A DNA stretch of 64,000 nucleotides from a virus (lineage: Duplodnaviria; Caudoviricetes). Below the pieces are notes generated by a model. The model did no database searches. It saw nothing but the letters and a program-made list of their open reading frames with translations, and was not told where the DNA came from. Below, piece after piece: positions 59,701 to 64,000 of the stretch (within the stretch, counting starts at the first letter, position 1; each line of letters opens with the position of its first letter). The translations under genes were made by a program, and so were the position numbers. The stretch spans positions 56,763 to 120,762 of the IMG/VR virus record IMGVR_UViG_2747842453_000002. The stretch is one strand, 5' to 3'.

Positions 59701-61131
59701 TACATTTGAGTGATGGCCGGTTACGTCATCCATTTCAAAGAACCTGGAATTTCCTGCAAATGTGGTATTAACTGCTTTTGATTTTGCAATAATATTTGAG
59801 CCAAGTGTTAGTGGATATATATTATAATCTTGTGCATTTATCATTCTATCTTGTGAATAATATGCGCGTGGTGCAATTTGTCTCACACTCTCAAATGTCT
59901 CAGCCGAAAAGTTTTCGCTAAAGTCTCTGGTAGTTGACATTGTTAAAGTTAAATTATATGGTCGGTCATCAGCACCAATATAAGGCACGATGATTGTGAC
60001 GTTATCTATATCATTTGCATTAACCGAGAAATTTTGATTTTCTACTTGTCTAAACCATACTCTATAATTACCATATGCTGCATTACCAAACACACCATCG
60101 GGAAAATTAACTTTTATGCTGTTGTCAACATTCGTAGTAATACTAGCAATTTCACCTGATCCATTTTTAATAGTATTATATATCGCAGATTCTTTACTTT
60201 GATTGTCAATCAACGAAACAGTTGAAAAATATCTTCCATTGCTATCTACTTTCTGTAACCAAACATCACTATTTGATATATTAATATTATTAATATTTTT
60301 TATTACATTTGACAATTTAACATTGTATGTGAAATCTTGGAATTTTAATTCTCCTGCCTTACTATATACAAAAAATCCAGTTCTGTCACTTGCTGGTCCT
60401 AAATTATCGTTGCGATTGACAATTGTAAAATTACTCGATGCCATAGGTTCTGATTCTACAATTGAATCATCAATTATTTCTACCTTAGTAGTTTCAAATA
60501 AACGGGTTGCACCCGAAACATTTGATGTGAAAGGATATGAGACTGATTTGCCATTAGGATTTTCATTGACTTCGTATATATTATTTTCTATACCGAGTAT
60601 ATCAATTTTTGCAATAGGATCTAAAATCTTAGAATTTTTAGATAGTGCAGAATCCAAAACTGTAATGAATTTTTCATACCAGTCTGTGTCATTTGCATCA
60701 TTCCAATTAATAGTGGTATTAGAAAGTGAATCTCCAGCATTATCAAATACATCTTGATTCGTAGTGACGCTTGTAATTTTCATAAAACCACGTGCATTGA
60801 TCGGTCGTGTTTTTAAGTAGCCAAGATTCTTGGCCATTCTCAGTACAGATTCTTTACGCTCTGCCGTATCCAAGAAATTTTCTCTTGTATTCATATCAAG
60901 TCTGAAAGCCAATGAGTGTCCTAAATATGCAACCAAATCTAAGATTGCAATAAATTCTGAACTTGCTATAAAATCATTAAATTTTGAAGGATATGTTGTT
61001 TTAACGTAAGAAAGTAATGCTTCTCTAATAGTGTCAAAATCATATGCTTTCAAACTAATATTACTGTATGCAGTGTAAACCGCACTCCAACTTTCACTAG
61101 CGAATAAGTTATCAACTCTTTCTTGGCCCAT
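56737..61131 (-). CDS. baseplate wedge subunit (T4 gp6-like) with large insertions
   Basis: YDFDTIR, FNDFIASSE, ENFLDTAERKESVLRMAKNLGY, FPDGVFG, APRAYYSQDRMINAQDY. Confidence 0.85.
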   Translation of the reverse strand: MGQERVDNLFASESWSAVYTAYSNISLKAYDFDTIREALLSYVKTTYPSKFNDFIASSEFIAILDLVAYLGHSLAFRLDMNTRENFLDTAERKESVLRMAKNLGYLKTRPINARGFMKITSVTTNQDVFDNAGDSLSNTTINWNDANDTDWYEKFITVLDSALSKNSKILDPIAKIDILGIENNIYEVNENPNGKSVSYPFTSNVSGATRLFETTKVEIIDDSIVESEPMASSNFTIVNRNDNLGPASDRTGFFVYSKAGELKFQDFTYNVKLSNVIKNINNINISNSDVWLQKVDSNGRYFSTVSLIDNQSKESAIYNTIKNGSGEIASITTNVDNSIKVNFPDGVFGNAAYGNYRVWFRQVENQNFSVNANDIDNVTIIVPYIGADDRPYNLTLTMSTTRDFSENFSAETFESVRQIAPRAYYSQDRMINAQDYNIYPLTLGSNIIAKSKAVNTTFAGNSRFFEMDDVTGHHSNVSAIGTDGSIFLEDDNITMSLSFNRENNQIDNFIRNKITEVIKHPSLINLYYCENMYNPNSVITDPNLNFNTRSTNKSIIDVSSSVNYNTTYIYPGDHILVNSGNENTKTWTTVSNIESSVAGSAMDSYFIEYLIPENSGEIDRIVRGYRTRLEDSEINNIKINKIEDLSVQTFTLMYESGTTTNVWGWRLHDELVDPPLVEGTDVFITFTYVPGIRENEAAYTARFTGKKIVFDSTKQIKFHYNNNKFVVNNETNLAERDRLFLKYYSTTKNLEDTYEETQTIHVGTGDIINIVETDDTATFDIKWKDTPGAVITNTFVDTNDCLEVVENLHTLISPGGSSYDITPDESTTIGISPTYTVAYTVDNLSSKLSTESFNDDISINSIDPNSPVVSAGASVVSFGVASISNSAASNTASTVYSSTYTDSQLVLDGFKGEVSDTYFNIAANNGNFAWVDESELPTGKTRYNATNSDFGVQTEFFTQFDGSNTYQFIFDDMSSTGFSIQNENNDGLDPDSPDLDIYWKQYAFAEINFTAPNVAPDNFTLQDSDGIDIDLKHCEIITTDIDTYKILFWTVDPTNGGTDNTITVNNIGGTSTLSEFKVQLTRMVRCIKTDRVSSYADAETYIVDKYITPAGYVDYSKVKLSSTDITRNPHGMLEVLSNQDVYSEAADDLGDISVVNFSHIVLETYTDQNNNILYERISDTVIAYNESQNDRIPPTASLRFFISGVDVTLNDGIWQEKTANGWEILPTDRYQLVDPDNKDKIIYNGVTYRILKGRSYVEDKFMTFRWDHYADIDKRIDPGTSNIIDLYILSSDYVRRVNTWINGGFSDIIPSEPTNYELKKIMQGIEPKASISDHISYIPVKFKYLFGSFAAAENQAVFKVVKKSGTSYSDSEIKTAVANAVNTFFDIDNWDFGETFYFSELAAYVHRTLPNYVSSIIITPKYQTGEFSNLLSISSEPTEIFLSLTSSADVKIISSIVAAELLGE

Positions 61132-61132
61132 G

Positions 61133-61504
61133 TTATTCTCTTTCTAAATTCAATGTTAGTTCAACTTTTTCGTTTGTAGGTATTATTGAAACCGATAGTT
61201 GAATATCAATAGTATGATTGGTATCTGTTATATTTAAAACTTCAAGACGCACACGTGGATCACCATCTATTATATAATTTATATCTTTTCTGATTAAATC
61301 TTTCAACTCAGGTGTAAGTGGTTCAAATATTAAATCATGTATTATGCTACCGTAAGTAGGCATCATTATACGTTCACCTTTGCGTGTCATAAGATTATTC
61401 ATCAAATCTTCAATAATCAAATCCTTACCGTAAAGATTATGATTTATTGCGTTTTTGTTCTTGGTACTAAATCCTGAAAATCTAATCTGCATCATGTCTC
61501 TCAT
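61133..61504 (-). CDS. baseplate wedge subunit (T4 gp25-like)
   Basis: LMTRKGERIMMPTYGSII..LIFEP...DPRV. Confidence 0.9.
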   Translation of the reverse strand: MRDMMQIRFSGFSTKNKNAINHNLYGKDLIIEDLMNNLMTRKGERIMMPTYGSIIHDLIFEPLTPELKDLIRKDINYIIDGDPRVRLEVLNITDTNHTIDIQLSVSIIPTNEKVELTLNLERE

Positions 61505-61566
61505 TCTTAAACTTTTTATTAAGAGTATTTATCATCGTATTAACTTCGTACATTTGAAAATACCAC

Positions 61567-61595
61567 TTGACAATCGTATATTTTTGATGTATTAT
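61567..61595 (+). promoter_or_regulatory. sigma70-type promoter for the clpP operon
   Basis: TTGACA-N17-TATTAT. Confidence 0.65.
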
Positions 61596-61599
61596 AGAT

Positions 61600-61821
61600 A
61601 TGTTGGGAGTAAAAACTATGGATGATGATCCAAAGATAATAAAACTAGAACCTTTTCAGAAAAGTAATGGAGTATTGTCAATGCAAATGATAACTACAGT
61701 AGAAATGTTTCAGTTAGAAATAAATGAACTTCAGAAAAATTTGTATGCTGCATATGACCGAATTACCGAACTGAAAGAAGAAATACGAAAACTTGAATCT
61801 TCAAAAACAAATAAGGAATAA
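61600..61821 (+). CDS. small coiled-coil protein (alternative start 61618)
   Basis: Heptad-like C-terminus; GGGAG RBS before 61618. Confidence 0.65.
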   Translation: MLGVKTMDDDPKIIKLEPFQKSNGVLSMQMITTVEMFQLEINELQKNLYAAYDRITELKEEIRKLESSKTNKE

Positions 61822-61824
61822 TTA

Positions 61825-62424
61825 ATGCCAACTCTAGTACCAATGGTTGTAGACCAATCTGCTAATGGTGAACGAAGTTATGATATCTTCTCTCGGCTTC
61901 TTAAAGAACGTGTTATATTTTTAACTGGTGAAGTCAATGACTACCAAGCAGATTTACTATGTGCACAATTTCTATTTTTAGAAAGTGAAAATCCAGAAAA
62001 AGATATCCATTTTTATATTAACTCTCCGGGTGGCGCAGTAACCGCTGGTATGGCAATATATGATACTATGCAATTTATTAAGCCAGATGTCAGTACGACT
62101 GTAATGGGACAAGCATGTTCTATGGGATCACTATTGGCAACTGCTGGTGCAGCAGGAAAACGATATATTTTACCAAATGCCAGGCATATGATTCATCAGC
62201 CAAGCGGTGGTGCTGGCGGTCAAGCAACTGATATGGAAATTCAAGTTAAAGAAATCTTAAAGATGAAAAGGTCACTAACAGAAATTTATGTTAAACATAA
62301 TAGTGCTAACAAAACACTAGATGATATGCTTGCAGCAATGGAACGTGACAACTTTATGAATCCAACTGAAGCTCTTAACTTTGGCTTAGTAGATGAAGTT
62401 ATTACGCATCGTCCTGAACTTTAA
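61825..62424 (+). CDS. clpP: ATP-dependent Clp protease proteolytic subunit
   Basis: [34 protein letters not shown] (Ser), MIHQP (His), ERDNFM (Asp). Confidence 0.97.
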   Translation: MPTLVPMVVDQSANGERSYDIFSRLLKERVIFLTGEVNDYQADLLCAQFLFLESENPEKDIHFYINSPGGAVTAGMAIYDTMQFIKPDVSTTVMGQACSMGSLLATAGAAGKRYILPNARHMIHQPSGGAGGQATDMEIQVKEILKMKRSLTEIYVKHNSANKTLDDMLAAMERDNFMNPTEALNFGLVDEVITHRPEL

Positions 62425-63062
62425 CTAAATCCAGGCACATAACTCCACATTTTGGCAGTTTCAATTCTTAAAGCGGCAAGTCGGTCATCGACTCTGCCGT
62501 TTTCTCTTTTTATACTTGTTTGTATTTCATCAGTAATATCATACCATTGTCTGTTGTTAATGAGTTTAATGATAGGACTATTTTCTATCTCACTTACACC
62601 TTCATAATAAAAATAATGAATGAGTGCATCATATTGTGGCTGACCTAATGGTTCATAAACAAATTTTTCTAAAACATTACCAATTGCTCTTAATTGTTTC
62701 TCAAGTATTAGTTGTGCTGATGCAATTGTTATCTTTGCAGTTTCAATTGAAATACGTTGAGAAGCAACAGTTATATAACCATATTTAATCTCAACATCTG
62801 GAATTTCATAGTTATAGCCTATAATATTTCTGCCATTTATTGTCAGTGACGGAATAGTATCCTTTATAATACTATTTTTACTCAAATTAGAAAAAACCAA
62901 TTGATTTACTGGAAAGGATATTACATTAGTGTAGGATAGGGTATATGTTGGCATTGAATTAACGTCATATCCTGTTCCTAAATATGTACCGTATGGAGTA
63001 ATAACATGCAATGGCAACTGTATATAATTTAAAAGTGATCCTTTTTTCTTATCATAAATCAT
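62421..63062 (-). CDS. degenerate lysozyme-like (GH24-like) baseplate-associated protein
   Basis: [10 protein letters not shown] and [18 protein letters not shown] echo the QFDALVS and GLVRRR..E motifs of phage lysozymes; catalytic region poorly conserved. Confidence 0.5.
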   Translation of the reverse strand: MIYDKKKGSLLNYIQLPLHVITPYGTYLGTGYDVNSMPTYTLSYTNVISFPVNQLVFSNLSKNSIIKDTIPSLTINGRNIIGYNYEIPDVEIKYGYITVASQRISIETAKITIASAQLILEKQLRAIGNVLEKFVYEPLGQPQYDALIHYFYYEGVSEIENSPIIKLINNRQWYDITDEIQTSIKRENGRVDDRLAALRIETAKMWSYVPGFS

Positions 63063-63063
63063 T

Positions 63064-63999
63064 TTATGCTCTCCTAGTAGGAGGCGAATATTTCCAACCG
63101 CCTTCATCTCTTGCCTGTTTCAGCCAACCAGGCGCACTTCTCCAACTATGTGTCTTGCCCCACATACCCTGATCATTTCTATATGTTGCGATATCAACAT
63201 GTACGCCAACACCACCCATATATCCCTCTCCTGCACCTACCGCATTTGCTCCAGCAAGAAAACATTCTCTTGCAAATTTTTTCATAATTCCAGTATCTCT
63301 TCGCACTGATAATTTTCCACTTTCTTTGTCAGCCGATGATTTATATAACCAAACATCTGCAGCAAATCCATTATCGTGACCTGTGCCGCCAGTTCTTCTA
63401 GTACCTCTACCCTCCTGATCTTGGCCACCAGAAAATATAACTAATTCAACCCCTGTTGCTTTTGCTGCCGTTTCTAGTATAGAAAATAGTTTTGGTTGAA
63501 TTGGTTTATTTCGTACCTGCCCAGAGAAGCTAGCCGAGTAAGTTACTGTTCCTGTACCACCAGCCACTTGTTCCTCTATACTTTGATCATTAATTTGTTG
63601 TTGTTCGACTGTAGAATCTGCAGAATTTGCGCCTGCACTATTTAAATTAGGCTTCGTAGCAGGTATTTGTCCGCCATTTGCACTTCCAGTTGCACCTGAA
63701 CCCGAACTTGTATTAGCAGGAGCAGGTTTTCTACGCATCATTGGTTCATGCGATACCATAGTTGACATGATACTTTCATCTATTTTAGAACTTTCTAGGT
63801 TTTGTATATCATTGTGTGACACTGTACTAAGTCCAGGTGATTTTGCTGCTTGTGGTCCATTCAAATGTAGAATACCTCCCGTCGAAACATACATATTACT
63901 TCCTACTTTTGTATGATTACTGCCAGCACTATCATAAAACTGCGAACCTTCACTTTTTATATGTGTTTGATTTCCACTGTTAACAGCAAAATTATTACC
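63064..63999 (-). CDS. C-terminal part of baseplate hub/spike (gp5/VgrG-like) with peptidase M15-like domain; truncated by window end
   Basis: Frame open to window end with beta-helix-like repeats, LHLNGP, low-complexity linker, then SGGQ...GHDNGFAAD...VHVD. Confidence 0.6.
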   Translation of the reverse strand, partial: GNNFAVNSGNQTHIKSEGSQFYDSAGSNHTKVGSNMYVSTGGILHLNGPQAAKSPGLSTVSHNDIQNLESSKIDESIMSTMVSHEPMMRRKPAPANTSSGSGATGSANGGQIPATKPNLNSAGANSADSTVEQQQINDQSIEEQVAGGTGTVTYSASFSGQVRNKPIQPKLFSILETAAKATGVELVIFSGGQDQEGRGTRRTGGTGHDNGFAADVWLYKSSADKESGKLSVRRDTGIMKKFARECFLAGANAVGAGEGYMGGVGVHVDIATYRNDQGMWGKTHSWRSAPGWLKQARDEGGWKYSPPTRRA

Positions 64000-64000
64000 A

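Noticed and set aside
1-64000. CRISPR arrays, tRNA/rRNA genes, IS elements, alternative genetic code
   Set aside because: No spaced direct repeats, cloverleafs or transposases seen by eye; genes are full-length under the standard code and all three stop codons are used. A tRNAscan/Infernal run would be needed to exclude small RNAs fully.

Overview
AT-rich, densely coding fragment of a large (jumbo, T4-like/myovirus-type) bacteriophage genome. No rRNA, tRNA or CRISPR array was seen. Region 1-11.3 kb (+ strand) holds replication, accessory and early genes: RNase H C-terminus, HAD-type phosphomannomutase, a ClpP/crotonase-like membrane protein, an SbmA/BacA peptide transporter, a MoxR AAA + vWA/metallopeptidase pair, an HNH nuclease and thyA. 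Region 11.4-45.5 kb (almost all - strand) is the striking part: a ~34 kb tailoring-enzyme island. It has 11 radical SAM enzymes (10 SPASM/twitch-type in three paralogous subfamilies plus one cobalamin-binding), four glycosyltransferase-like genes, four methyltransferase-like genes, a NodU/CmcH carbamoyltransferase, SGNH, nitroreductase, 2OG-Fe(II) oxygenase and sulfotransferase-like genes, and a TctA/TctC transporter. It lies directly downstream of, and co-oriented with, the virion baseplate module (45.6-61.5 kb: gp25-like, gp6-like, a 3114-aa structural protein). ClpP, a degenerate lysozyme-like gene and a gp5/VgrG-like spike with an M15-like peptidase end the window. Four sigma70-type promoters carry CGAATC(A/G) at an identical spacer position, matching the CcrM/GcrA (methyl-GANTC) motif and suggesting an alphaproteobacterial host. 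All family assignments come from motif recognition by eye, not database searches.
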